Below are positions 40,898-52,693 of a stretch of 64,000 nucleotides of DNA, in pieces; within the stretch, counting starts at the first letter, position 1; each line of letters opens with the position of its first letter. This DNA is from Nitrospinales bacterium. Lineage in GTDB: Bacteria; Nitrospinota; Nitrospinia; Nitrospinales; VA-1. The stretch is taken from positions 1,728,001 to 1,792,000 of the forward strand of contig CBDCWG010000012.1 of the NCBI GenBank assembly GCA_965223345.1, read 5' to 3'. The notes beneath the pieces were generated by a model. That model did not search any database and was not told the DNA's origin. It was given only the letters and a program-made list of their open reading frames with translations. Position numbers and translations under genes: made by a program.

Positions 40898-41512
40898 ATG
40901 GAATTTTCACAGTTGATTCAGGAGCGCCGCAGCGTCAAATCCTACGATCCGGATAAATCCGTCAGCGATGCGGAATTGAAAGAGCTGTTCGAGGAGGTGA
41001 TCTTAAGCCCCAGTTCGTTCAACCTGCAGCACTGGATGTTCATCGCGGTGAAGGATGCGGAGCTAAAGAAAAAGCTGCGCGAGGCCGCCTGGGGCCAGCC
41101 GCAGGTCGAGGCCTGCTCGGTGGCGTTTCTGGTCTGCGGCCGGCTCGATGCGTACAAGGACGCGCCGCGGATTTATGCAGAGGTCCCCGCCGAGGTGCAA
41201 AAGCAGGTCCTGCCGATGATCGAAAATTTCTACGACGGCAAAGAGCGGCTGCAGCGCGACGAAGCCATCCGCAGCGCCTCGCTCGCCGCCATGACCCTGA
41301 TGTACGCCGCGAAAAACCGGGGTTTCGTCACCGGACCGATGATCGGTTTCGACCCGGAGGCGGTGTCGCAATTGCTCAAACTCAACGCCAACACCATTCC
41401 CGTCATGATGCTGGTGTTGGGGCACCAGAAAGACGCGCCCCGGCCGCGGGCCTACCGGCATCCGGTGGGGGAGGTGGTGCGGTTCGACTCGCAGGATGGC
41501 CCCGGCCTTTAG
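40898..41512 (+). CDS. Nitroreductase family protein
   Basis: ERRSVKSY, SPSSFNLQHW, WGQPQV, GPMIGFD; start ATG 40898. Confidence 0.92.
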   Translation: MEFSQLIQERRSVKSYDPDKSVSDAELKELFEEVILSPSSFNLQHWMFIAVKDAELKKKLREAAWGQPQVEACSVAFLVCGRLDAYKDAPRIYAEVPAEVQKQVLPMIENFYDGKERLQRDEAIRSASLAAMTLMYAAKNRGFVTGPMIGFDPEAVSQLLKLNANTIPVMMLVLGHQKDAPRPRAYRHPVGEVVRFDSQDGPGL

Positions 41513-41535
41513 GCGGGAGCGTGATGCCGGCCTGA

Positions 41536-43304
<1,769 letters not shown>

Positions 43305-43369
43305 TTAATGAGTGCGTTCCCCGTTCCCGCCGGGCATCGGGATTTCCGGAATCGATGAGGTTTTGAGCG

Positions 43370-45076
43370 ATGTTGACGGTCTTCATTCTCGTGGGCTCCT
43401 GCCTGTTCTTCTATTTTGTCGGCTACCGCCTGTACGCCGGGCTTCTGGACCGCGACGTGATCCAGCCCGACGGCAGCCAGTCCACGCCGGCGGTCAAGCA
43501 GAGCGACGGCGTCGATTTCGTGCCCAGCAAACCGCTGGTGCTGTTCGGCCACAACTTCGCCTCCATCGCCGGGGCGGGGCCGGTGATCGGGCCGATCATC
43601 GCCATGCACCATTTCGGCTGGGCGCTGACCATCGTCTGGATCCTCATCGGCAACGTGTTCATCGGCGCGGTGCACGACTACATCACCCTCATGGTCTCGG
43701 TGCGCAACCGCGGCAGCTCCATCGCCGACATCGCCGAACGCACGATGGGCTCGCGCGCCAAGGTGGTGTTCGCGGTGTTTCTGGTGCTCGCCATGCTGCT
43801 GGTGGTCGCCGTGTTCGGCGTGGTGGCGGCGAAAACGCTGGTGGCGCAGCCGGAGATGGTGTTCCCGACCTTTGCCATCATCCCGCTTTCCATGCTGCTC
43901 GGCTGGTTCATCTACAAGCGCAACGCCAACCTCGTGCTGGCCTCCACCGTTGCGGTGGGCGTGCTGATCCTCAATATCTACATCGGTTTCAAGTTTCCCA
44001 TTCCGCTGGAGGACGGGCTGTTCGGCCTGTCGCCGCTGATGGTGTGGTTCGTCGTGCTCATGCTGTACGCGGGCATCGCATCGGTGCTGCCGGTGCAGAT
44101 CCTGTTGCAGCCGCGCGATTATCTCTCCACCTACGTATTGTTCGGCTCGATGGCGCTCGGCATCCTCGGGCTTTTGTGGGTGCAGCCGGAGATCAACACC
44201 CCCGCGTTCCGCGGCGGGTTTTCCGACGTGCAGGGGCCGGTGTGGCCGATGCTGTTCGTGCTGGTGGCCTGCGGAGCGGTGTCGGGCTTTCATTCGCTGG
44301 TGGCGGGCGGCACCACCTCCAAGCAGCTGGCGACCGAAGCGCACGGCAAGCCGATCAGCTACGGCGGCATGCTGACCGAAGGCGTGGTGGCGGTGGTGAC
44401 GGTGCTGCTGGTGGGCGGCGGCCTGTACTGGGTCGCGCCGGTGGGCGGCAATGTGGACATGGCGGCGCTCGGCTTCCGCGAGACCCTGCAATCGGGCGGC
44501 TGGATCCTGGCGTTCGGCAACGGGTTCGGCAACGTGGTGCACCAGATGCTGCCGATGCTGAGTTTCACGTTCGCCTCGATGATCGCGGTGCTGGCGCTCA
44601 ACACCTTCGTGCTGACGACGCTGGACACGGCGGTGCGCATCACGCGCTTCATCGTGCAGGAATCGCTGGGCCGCCGGGTGCCGGTGTTCCAGAACAAATA
44701 CGTGACCACGGTGGCGGTGATCCTGCTCGCCTACTGCATCGGCGCGACCGAGGGCTGGCAGAAGATCTGGCCGATCTTCGGCGCGACGAACCAGCTCATA
44801 GCAGCCGTGGCGCTGATGGTGGGCTCCACCTATCTCATCGCCATGAAGAAACCGACCGGCTACACGCTGTATCCCGCGATCTTCATGGTGATCACGACGA
44901 TCGGCGCGCTGGCCTGGCAGGCCTACCGCTTTTTCAGCGCTCCGGAGCCCAACTACCTGCTCGGGGCGTCGTCGCTGGTGCTCATCGGCCTGGCGGTGTT
45001 CGTGGGGCACGAGGGCGTGCAGGCGCTGCGCGGACGGGGTCTGGGGACGCTGAAACCGGCGCGGTCCGAGGCCTGA
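43370..45076 (+). CDS. cstA: Carbon starvation protein A family transporter
   Basis: TPA....DGVDFVP, LFGHNFASIAGAGPVIGP, GAVHDY, LLQPRDY, ACGAVSGFHSL, YGGMLTEG, WPIFGATNQL. Confidence 0.94.
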   Translation: MLTVFILVGSCLFFYFVGYRLYAGLLDRDVIQPDGSQSTPAVKQSDGVDFVPSKPLVLFGHNFASIAGAGPVIGPIIAMHHFGWALTIVWILIGNVFIGAVHDYITLMVSVRNRGSSIADIAERTMGSRAKVVFAVFLVLAMLLVVAVFGVVAAKTLVAQPEMVFPTFAIIPLSMLLGWFIYKRNANLVLASTVAVGVLILNIYIGFKFPIPLEDGLFGLSPLMVWFVVLMLYAGIASVLPVQILLQPRDYLSTYVLFGSMALGILGLLWVQPEINTPAFRGGFSDVQGPVWPMLFVLVACGAVSGFHSLVAGGTTSKQLATEAHGKPISYGGMLTEGVVAVVTVLLVGGGLYWVAPVGGNVDMAALGFRETLQSGGWILAFGNGFGNVVHQMLPMLSFTFASMIAVLALNTFVLTTLDTAVRITRFIVQESLGRRVPVFQNKYVTTVAVILLAYCIGATEGWQKIWPIFGATNQLIAAVALMVGSTYLIAMKKPTGYTLYPAIFMVITTIGALAWQAYRFFSAPEPNYLLGASSLVLIGLAVFVGHEGVQALRGRGLGTLKPARSEA

Positions 45077-45155
45077 GGCCGCAGCGGTTGGATTTGCGGG
45101 AAATCTGTACTATCATAAGGCCATCTTTTCAGAGCCCGGACGGGAAAGGCACAGC

Positions 45156-45827
45156 ATGAAGCTCAGTGAAATCCTCGCGGCGCGCGAGAAGGCGAAAGAG
45201 AAAGCGATCCAGGGCGGCGGGGCGCGGGTTTCCACGGCGGCTCCGCAGACGGCCGGGAAAAAAGCCCTCAAAGTGGTGCGCACGCGCGAGACCCCCAACG
45301 ACGACGCGTTGCAGTTCGTCATCAACGCCGTGATCCTCGACACCGGCAACCGGTCCTACGCGTCCGCCGAAGACTGTGCCGACGATCCGATGGGGCAGGC
45401 GCTGTTCGATCTCAACGGCGTGGACAACGTGTACGTCATGCAGAATTTCGTGACGGTGACCAAGTACCCGGAAACCGACTGGTCGCCGCTCAAGGACAAA
45501 ATCTGGAAAGCCATCGACAAGCACGTGAGCGTCTACAAAGTCGTGGACAAGGTGGTCGCGGCGGAGATCGACGTCACCAATTTCCCCAACCTGTCCGAGG
45601 AAGACAAGATCAAAGGCGTCGAGATGGTGCTCAACCGCTCGATCCGCACCAACCTGGCGCGCGACGGCGGCGGCGTGGAAGTGAAGGGGATGGAAGGCAA
45701 CACCGTCCGCATCCAGTACCACGGGGCCTGCGGCAGCTGCGCCACCTCCACCACCGGCACCCTCAAATACATCGAAACGCAACTGCAACAGCAGCTCCAC
45801 TCCGACCTCACAGTCCAGCCTGTTTGA
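45156..45827 (+). CDS. Nfu/NifU-family Fe-S scaffold or carrier
   Basis: ETPN..ALQF N-terminal domain; IR.NLARDGG, GACGSC CxxC motif. Confidence 0.88.
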   Translation: MKLSEILAAREKAKEKAIQGGGARVSTAAPQTAGKKALKVVRTRETPNDDALQFVINAVILDTGNRSYASAEDCADDPMGQALFDLNGVDNVYVMQNFVTVTKYPETDWSPLKDKIWKAIDKHVSVYKVVDKVVAAEIDVTNFPNLSEEDKIKGVEMVLNRSIRTNLARDGGGVEVKGMEGNTVRIQYHGACGSCATSTTGTLKYIETQLQQQLHSDLTVQPV

Positions 45828-45939
45828 TTATTATTCGAATACTAGGTGGTTCCATTTCGTTGATCCACCGCTTTAAATCAAATAGCTGTAAATCTTTCTT
45901 TTATTTCAACGCCTTGTTGATAGTTTTTATCAAAGTAGT

Positions 45940-47925
45940 TCATTGAGCGCATTCATCTTTGGATAGGTCTTTAGCTTCGTTCGTTCGAGCCCACCGTAAA
46001 AAGGCTTTTGCCAGCTTATATTTTGAAAAATCACTGATCTCATCGGTGAACACATCTACAATTGGACGTTTTGGTTGAGCGTTTGCAGTAGCCTCAATAT
46101 CCCACGTTAGGTCAGCCTTCGCTATTTTGACTAGTGTGTCTCGTAGTAAGTCCTCTATTTCGGGGTGAGAGACTTGACCAACATATGCGTCTTTTGTTCG
46201 CAAAATATTTTTGTTGCCAAGCTTATGAACTAATACATCCTGTTGTGCGGCTTGATCCCCGGCTGAGTCGGAGTCCAATAGTGCGGCTACTTTGAGATTG
46301 TGAGCGTGGAGGATTGTCGCATAATAAACAACCTTGCCAGCTGTATTTGCCGAAATTAAAGCAATCTTATCATTAAGGTCAACCAATTTTGCTTCTCTTA
46401 ATAGAAGTGATACTGATTCGAGATACCAGTAATCAGTTAACCCTTCTAAGACTAAATTGCGTTGTTGAGAAAATAAGCTTTGTGCAAGGTCATAGCCTAA
46501 AGCTTCTTGTAGTGGAAGAAGTGAGGCTGGATCATCTGCCATAACATTTGTATGAACCTTAGTACCTACTTTTCTTTCAGTCATTTCTACAACACGCACA
46601 AGGTCAAGCTCATCAGGACCAACCAGAAAAGGGGAGTGTGTCGTATAAAGAGTTTGGTTTTTTTCAGCAAGGCGTGAAATGGTTTTTCGAAAATCACGTT
46701 GTTTTAACCCATGGAGACTTAACCCAGGTTCATCAAGTAATAATATTGCATTTTTATGCTTATCAACAGCTTCAGCAAAAAAAACAACAAAGAAGGAAAC
46801 TAGCCATTGATAGCCTTCTGATCTCTGGTCCAACTCAATTTCAACACCCAGATCATCTACAACTACAACTTTGAGATATTGTTGGTCTGCTCTAATAGAT
46901 AGTTGATCTGCCTCGTCCTTTTCTGGGTCAGGAAGCCATGTTTTACCGATTTCATTTGTAAGCCTTACACTCGCTGCATTTAAACTGTATTGTCGATTAT
47001 CAAGTTGATCTTTATATTTTTGTAACGCATCCAGATCTCCTGGAGGAGGTTCGGCAACCTTACCAAGATCAGATAATTCTCTTGGGGTAAAACCTAATAA
47101 TTTTAATAGACACTCATTACCGTAATCATATTGCTTGTCATCAAGCAGGCCTTCTTCTATACGAGTAGCAAGATGCCCAAGGTGTATTGTAGGGCGAACA
47201 CGAAAGTAATTATTAAAAAGCACAAATATTGGCATACGTTTATAGAGCGTCTTAAGCGCAGAACTACGCTTATTGTCAATTAATACACTATTCATTAGCC
47301 GATCATATCGTTCCTCTTCTGAAGAGTTATTTTCATCAATAAGTGTATATACTTTTTCAAGCCAATTTTTAAGATGTTCAGCTGAATCTCCCTGAATAGA
47401 AATTTTATCAGTCCAATATTTTGTTATGGAATAAAGTTGAACACTAGGTTTCTCTTGTGTATCTTCTTCTTTCTCGGGTCTGGGAACACGGGTATCAACA
47501 TGTGCACATAGTCGTTTTAGATCTTTTTTAAGGTCACCATAAGTAGGAATTTCAGGGCCACCATTCAGTGAATGCAAACAACTATTATCTAGTTTGCGCC
47601 AAAACACATATTCACAATCTTTAAATTCTTCTGATAATTGCTCAATATCCTCTTCATCAAGTGAAAACTGTCCCTCAACAATTCGCTCTTCTGATGGATC
47701 AACTAATTTTTTTGTTATATCGTTAAACTTTGAACGCGGATAATCCCTCAACGGATCGAAACCATCAACTCCTTCAGGAGCATTAATCTGTTGAAGAGCC
47801 CGAAGTACAGCGCTTTTCCCAGCTTCATTTGGACCAACAAAGATTGTTTTATCAGTCTCAACTTCGAAATAACCAGTATCCATGATACTTCGGTATTTTC
47901 GGACACGCGCCCTAATTAATCGCAT
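45940..47925 (-). CDS. OLD-like ATP-dependent nuclease (ABC ATPase + TOPRIM), AT-rich, stand-alone
   Basis: KYRSI, Walker A GPNEAGKS, signature RSEGYQW, Walker B LLLDEP, TTHSP, TOPRIM LEGLTD and LLDSD; strongly AT-rich versus flanks; GGGAG RBS. Confidence 0.85.
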   Translation of the reverse strand: MRLIRARVRKYRSIMDTGYFEVETDKTIFVGPNEAGKSAVLRALQQINAPEGVDGFDPLRDYPRSKFNDITKKLVDPSEERIVEGQFSLDEEDIEQLSEEFKDCEYVFWRKLDNSCLHSLNGGPEIPTYGDLKKDLKRLCAHVDTRVPRPEKEEDTQEKPSVQLYSITKYWTDKISIQGDSAEHLKNWLEKVYTLIDENNSSEEERYDRLMNSVLIDNKRSSALKTLYKRMPIFVLFNNYFRVRPTIHLGHLATRIEEGLLDDKQYDYGNECLLKLLGFTPRELSDLGKVAEPPPGDLDALQKYKDQLDNRQYSLNAASVRLTNEIGKTWLPDPEKDEADQLSIRADQQYLKVVVVDDLGVEIELDQRSEGYQWLVSFFVVFFAEAVDKHKNAILLLDEPGLSLHGLKQRDFRKTISRLAEKNQTLYTTHSPFLVGPDELDLVRVVEMTERKVGTKVHTNVMADDPASLLPLQEALGYDLAQSLFSQQRNLVLEGLTDYWYLESVSLLLREAKLVDLNDKIALISANTAGKVVYYATILHAHNLKVAALLDSDSAGDQAAQQDVLVHKLGNKNILRTKDAYVGQVSHPEIEDLLRDTLVKIAKADLTWDIEATANAQPKRPIVDVFTDEISDFSKYKLAKAFLRWARTNEAKDLSKDECAQ

Positions 47926-48164
47926 GATATTTTCTCCCTTAGTATTATTAAATGTGTGGTTCTGATTTTATGTGGGGGGGGGGAGGTTGTTTGCTGCTCA
48001 TGCAATGTTCAATTATGGGAGGAACCCTTGCTTTTAAAATAGCGAGGTAGGTTCCAAATTTCATTCACTCATTTTACCGTAGCATGAGTTTGCCCAAATG
48101 GGAATTTGTGGTGTAATTCCCATACCCATTTGAATTTCGTTTTTTTCTAGCGAGGCAGCACCAA

Positions 48165-48788
48165 TCAGGGGTGCGACCCGGTTTCGTTACGGGCGTGCCG
48201 CTGCATAAACCAACCGGGGACGCCCAGGGTGGTGTCTTCCTCCATCACTTTAAAGCCGAAGCGTTGGTAGAATTTGACGTTCACGGGTTTGTCGGCCTCG
48301 AGATAGGCCATCGATTGTTCCGCATCCATTCTGGCACAGAACGCCTGCATTAAAGCGGTGCCGATGCCTTTTCCCCTAAGATGGAAATCGACGGCGATCG
48401 GCCCGAAATGCCAGTGCGCGGCTTGAGGATCGTGCCGGTTCCAGCCCGCCTGCCACCGGTCCACGCGGTAGAGCAACCCCAGACCGCCGCTCCACAGCGC
48501 CGGTAGGTAGGCCAGTTTCTCCACGACCGTGGCCTGGCAGCGCCCCGGCTCCAGCAGGGCGCAGACACCGACGAGCGTGTCTTTATCGAACGCCCCCCAA
48601 ACCTCTCCCTTTTTCCTGTATTGATCCAGCACCACTGCGAACATGCGCGTCAGCGCCGCGATTCGGCGGTCGGGATCGCCCTGGAAAACCTTCAGGAATA
48701 TAGGATTGTCCTGCATGCCGCGTCCCAGCAGCTGCGCCGCTTTGGGGAACTCGGGTTGTGCCAGCGCACGGATCTCAGGCGGGTTCAT
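48165..48788 (-). CDS. GNAT family N-acetyltransferase
   Basis: HWHFGPIAVD..LRGKGIGTALM, AYLE, NVKFYQRFGF. Confidence 0.9.
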   Translation of the reverse strand: MNPPEIRALAQPEFPKAAQLLGRGMQDNPIFLKVFQGDPDRRIAALTRMFAVVLDQYRKKGEVWGAFDKDTLVGVCALLEPGRCQATVVEKLAYLPALWSGGLGLLYRVDRWQAGWNRHDPQAAHWHFGPIAVDFHLRGKGIGTALMQAFCARMDAEQSMAYLEADKPVNVKFYQRFGFKVMEEDTTLGVPGWFMQRHARNETGSHP

Positions 48789-48801
48789 TGCGTCCGGTTG
48801 T

Positions 48802-50544
48802 TCAGCGCAGCAGTTTGAATTTGGGTTTTTCGAGGGAGCCGGTGACCTTGAAATGGGTCTCCAGCGGCTGGTTGCGTTTGGGGTTTTTCAGCCATTTATC
48901 CAGCCCCGGCAGGACGTTGGCCATGTCCTTGATCAGTTTGAGCGGCACGGCCTTGACCTTGGCCTGCACCTTGCCCGAGGGCAGGTCGGTGTTGCCCTTC
49001 ACATCCAGCGTGAGCTGCGGCCCGTCGAGCGCCAGGTTCTCGGTGGCCATCAGGCCGTCGCGGATTTGAAAGTCGCCGCCCAACCGGTTGAACTCCAGCC
49101 GCGATTTTTTCTGTTCCTTCTTGGAAAACAGGTTGAGCACGGTGAGCAGTTTTTCCATCTCGCCGACTTTTTCAATGCTGCCTTCGTTCATTTTCAGCGT
49201 GAAGTTTCCCGACAGGCCGCGGGCGAAATGCAACTTGGCTTTTTCCTTCTGTTTTTCCGGTGGGGTCACGCTGCCGTTGAACTGGCCCTGAAACTGCGCC
49301 GGGCCGGAGACGGATTTTTTCAGAAAATCCTCGGCGCGCAACTCGCTGCCCTTGAGATCGAAACGGTAGGTCTTGGCCGCCGTCTCATACAGGCCGCTGA
49401 GATCGATGACGCCGTGCTGTGGCCAGACTTTTCCCTCGGTCAGCGTGATGATTTTCGGCTGCACGTGCACTTTCGCTTTGGCTTTCTGAAACGCGATGCC
49501 CTGCACGTTCAGATCCTTCACCACAACGTCCGCTTTAGGTTCGAGCAGCGGGCTCTCGGCGAGGGTGACCGTCGCTTCCTGCCATTGCTGGCGCGTGCCG
49601 TTCACGTTGAGGAAGATGCGGTTCGCGGTGAGCGTGCCCGCGCCTTTGAGGTCGCCGAGGTCTTGGGTCTTCGCATCGAGCGGCAGAGCACCGCACACGC
49701 GCACGGTTCCCGATGCGGTGCCGCGCAGAAATTTCCAGTCCGGCGATTTCAGCCAGTCCACTTTGGATAGCTGCACTTTTTCCAGCGTGAGTGTGGAATC
49801 GAGGGTGGCGGTTTCCGCGGCTTCATCCAGCAGGGTGGTTCCTTTGCTGTGCAGTTTCCCCTGATAGAGATTGCCCTTGAGCTCGTGCGTCCATTTGGGA
49901 TGCGCCCAGCTGGCGCGGCCGTGCAGTACGCTGAAGCGGACGCGCTTGTCCTTGAGCTTGAATCCGGCGTTGGTGATTTTAAAAACCGTTTTGGCCGAGG
50001 CGGTGCGCATGAGCGAGGGGAAATCCCGCGTGTCGGCAAGCTGGGCCTGCCAGTTGAGCGTCATCCATTCCAGCTCGCCCTCGTGCAGCACGCCGGGGAA
50101 GATCATCTTCGCCAGCTTCGGGTTGGTGTTCTGCAACTCCTTCAACGGGAAGGGGCGGGATTTGAGTTTCATCGTCACCCGCGCCGCCGGGGAATACACG
50201 TTTTGCAGATACGCGGTGCCGCGAAACGGAATGCCCTGGATATCGAGCGCGACACCCTGCAGCTCCGCATCCACTTTCGGCCGGTCCGGCGGCGTGCCGG
50301 GAGCGGCTTTGGCGGCGGGATGCACGATCAACCGCTCGTAGTTGAGCTTTGCGTCCTTGAGCGCCGAATTTGCGAGGGCCTTCTGGATGAAATCCGCCAC
50401 CGCTTTCTGTTGCCCGGATTTTACAGCCGGTTTGCTCTGAGTCGCTGGCTTGGCGGCCGGGCCGCTTCCGCCGAGCAACAGCGTCGCGGCAAGCAGGACG
50501 GGGAGGATGCGTTTTTTCGAGTGGGGTTGTTTCGGGCGCTGCAT
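48802..50544 (-). CDS. AsmA-like (repeating beta-groove) envelope protein
   Basis: N-terminal hydrophobic anchor; beta-rich body; AsmA C-terminal pattern (F..LGGDFQIRDG..T.NL.LDGP...G.TDL, F.VTGSLEKP); start ATG 50544. Confidence 0.75.
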   Translation of the reverse strand: MQRPKQPHSKKRILPVLLAATLLLGGSGPAAKPATQSKPAVKSGQQKAVADFIQKALANSALKDAKLNYERLIVHPAAKAAPGTPPDRPKVDAELQGVALDIQGIPFRGTAYLQNVYSPAARVTMKLKSRPFPLKELQNTNPKLAKMIFPGVLHEGELEWMTLNWQAQLADTRDFPSLMRTASAKTVFKITNAGFKLKDKRVRFSVLHGRASWAHPKWTHELKGNLYQGKLHSKGTTLLDEAAETATLDSTLTLEKVQLSKVDWLKSPDWKFLRGTASGTVRVCGALPLDAKTQDLGDLKGAGTLTANRIFLNVNGTRQQWQEATVTLAESPLLEPKADVVVKDLNVQGIAFQKAKAKVHVQPKIITLTEGKVWPQHGVIDLSGLYETAAKTYRFDLKGSELRAEDFLKKSVSGPAQFQGQFNGSVTPPEKQKEKAKLHFARGLSGNFTLKMNEGSIEKVGEMEKLLTVLNLFSKKEQKKSRLEFNRLGGDFQIRDGLMATENLALDGPQLTLDVKGNTDLPSGKVQAKVKAVPLKLIKDMANVLPGLDKWLKNPKRNQPLETHFKVTGSLEKPKFKLLR

Positions 50545-50737
50545 AGGCGATGGTGTCTCCTGATGGGGTTGCGGTGGATTGCGGGTGTGGCGTGCGGTTT
50601 TCCGGCTGCGGGGCGAATCGTTGCGCCTCACTCCACCTTACCCTCCAATCTACCCGAAAAGGAAGCGGATTTCAGTAAGCATTAAAATAATCAATATGTT
50701 ATGATGCTGGTATCGAACCTGAAAAAAGTCTCCCCGC

Positions 50738-52024
50738 ATGGAATTTTCTGGCAAGACCCGCAAAATTCTGCTCATTTCCCTGTTTCTGGCGCTGGCGGTC
50801 TGGGCCGTCACCGGCGGGCCGCTTTCCTCATTATTGAAGAATTTCAACGGGAATGGAAGCCGCCCCCTGAAAGCGGCGGATTTCAAGTTTTCCCCCGTGC
50901 AGCGGCAGGACATCCACCGCAAGGTGCTGGCCACCGGTTCGGTGACGCTGAAAACCGGCGCGGAGGTGAAAATCGGCGCGCGCATCTCCGGCAAGGTGAA
51001 GGAGCTGCGCGTGCAGATCGGCGATTTCGTGAAAGAGGGCGACCGCATCGCCGTCATCGAGCACGAGGACCTGCTGGCGCGGGTGGCGCGCTTCAAGGCG
51101 GACCTGCGCGCCGAGGAAGCGAAGCTCGCCAAGACGCGCGAGGAAGGCCCGCTGGAGGTCAACAAGGACAAGGCGGAGTTGGAGGAGCAGCACGTGCAGC
51201 ACGCGATGGCGGGCAAGATGTACAAGCGCAACCTCGAACTCAGCAAGAAGGGGTTCGTGTCCACGACGGTGGTGGACGAGTGGCAGGAAAAGGTGGAGGT
51301 GCTGCGCGCCAAGATCCGGCTGGCCGAGGAGGAGTTGAAGCTGCAGGAGGCGCGGCTGCAAAACGACATCCGCCTGGCCGAGGCGATGGTGGAAAAAGCC
51401 CGGGCGAACCTGAAGGAAGAGGAAACGCGTCTCACCTACGCCAAGATCGACGCGCCCATCTCCGGCGTCGTGGCGTTCATCTCGACGCAAGAGGGCGAGA
51501 CCGTGGTGGCGAGCTTGAATGCGCCGACGTTCGTGACGCTGATCGACCTGCTCAAGCTGGAGGTGACGGTGTTCGTGGACGAGACCGACATCGGTCAGAT
51601 CAAAGTGGGGCAGAAGGCGCGGTTCACGGTGGACGCCTATTCGGACAAGTTTTTTGAAGGCGTCGTGCGCGACATCCATCCCAAGGCGGTGATCAAGGAC
51701 AACGTGGTGAACTACGAAGTGATCCTCGAGATCGATCCGGAGAACATCGCGCTGCTGCGTCCCGAGATGACGGCGAACGTGGTGATCACCACCGGCACGC
51801 GCAAGGACGTGCTCACCATCCCCAAAGAGGCGATGAAGCGCAAGGGCAAGAAAACCTTCGCGGTGGTCAACGCGGGCGGGCAGCTGATCGAGAAACCCAT
51901 CGAAACCGGCTGGCGCGAAGAAGGCCGGGTGGAAATCGTCAGCGGCCTGGAAGAGGGCGATCCCGTCGGCGTTCCCGTCAAGCCCAAGGTCGAGAGCAAA
52001 CGCGGACGGCCCCGAAGGCGGTGA
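50738..52024 (+). CDS. MacA-like periplasmic adaptor (membrane fusion protein)
   Basis: TM anchor, VLATGSV, IGARISGKV, lipoyl halves, coiled hairpin, APISGVV, VDETDIG, LRPEMTANV. Confidence 0.92.
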   Translation: MEFSGKTRKILLISLFLALAVWAVTGGPLSSLLKNFNGNGSRPLKAADFKFSPVQRQDIHRKVLATGSVTLKTGAEVKIGARISGKVKELRVQIGDFVKEGDRIAVIEHEDLLARVARFKADLRAEEAKLAKTREEGPLEVNKDKAELEEQHVQHAMAGKMYKRNLELSKKGFVSTTVVDEWQEKVEVLRAKIRLAEEELKLQEARLQNDIRLAEAMVEKARANLKEEETRLTYAKIDAPISGVVAFISTQEGETVVASLNAPTFVTLIDLLKLEVTVFVDETDIGQIKVGQKARFTVDAYSDKFFEGVVRDIHPKAVIKDNVVNYEVILEIDPENIALLRPEMTANVVITTGTRKDVLTIPKEAMKRKGKKTFAVVNAGGQLIEKPIETGWREEGRVEIVSGLEEGDPVGVPVKPKVESKRGRPRRR

Positions 52025-52060
52025 GAGGTTTCCAGATAGAAAAAAGGACGATCCCAAGAA

Positions 52061-52693
52061 TCACGGAATCGCCAGCAGTTCCTTGTACTTCACGCCTTTG
52101 GCGTAGTCGATGATGGTGTCGCGTTCCACCTGCCGGCCCTTGACGGTCACCATGTAGCGTTTCTTGACGACGACGTTGGCTTCGCCGCGTTCCCGTTTCT
52201 CCTGATACTTGACGACGGCTTTGTGCCCGCGGATGCGTTCCAGTTTGCCCTGGGCGTTTCCAGCCTGGGCGAACATGGGATTGGTGAGCATCATCAGGGT
52301 GCTCTGGATCATGGGCGAGTCCGCGGCGATGGTGATTTCGATCGAGCTGCGGTCCTTTTTGTATTTCTGGCTCACGATGATGCCGCCGCCCAGAAAGGCC
52401 GCGCCCGCCGACTGCACCTTGGCTTCCTCGGCTTCCCAGCCTTCCAGCGCTTTCGGCAGGCCCACTTTCAACAGCTCGCCTTTTTTCTGCCGGGTCTGCT
52501 GCGCGGCGTAGCCGAACATTTCCGCGGCTTCCGTGTATTCCTGGTTCTTGTACAATTCGATCGCTTCGTTGGCGGCTTCCAGCACGTCGTCTTTTTGTTT
52601 CTCATCCGCGGCCCAGAGCGCCGGGCAGATCGCCAGCAGAAACAGAATCAGGGTCGCAAGGGTCCATGGGGTGGTTTTCGGGATCGTTCGCAT
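52061..52693 (-). CDS. Hypothetical exported protein
   Basis: Signal peptide; LPKALEGW.AE pattern; AGGAG RBS; no family named. Confidence 0.75.
   Translation of the reverse strand: MRTIPKTTPWTLATLILFLLAICPALWAADEKQKDDVLEAANEAIELYKNQEYTEAAEMFGYAAQQTRQKKGELLKVGLPKALEGWEAEEAKVQSAGAAFLGGGIIVSQKYKKDRSSIEITIAADSPMIQSTLMMLTNPMFAQAGNAQGKLERIRGHKAVVKYQEKRERGEANVVVKKRYMVTVKGRQVERDTIIDYAKGVKYKELLAIP

Noticed and set aside
45828..48160. Prophage, IS element or Gabija/retron system at the AT-rich island
   Set aside because: No integrase, transposase, terminal repeats, UvrD helicase or reverse transcriptase is visible; only one ORF is present.
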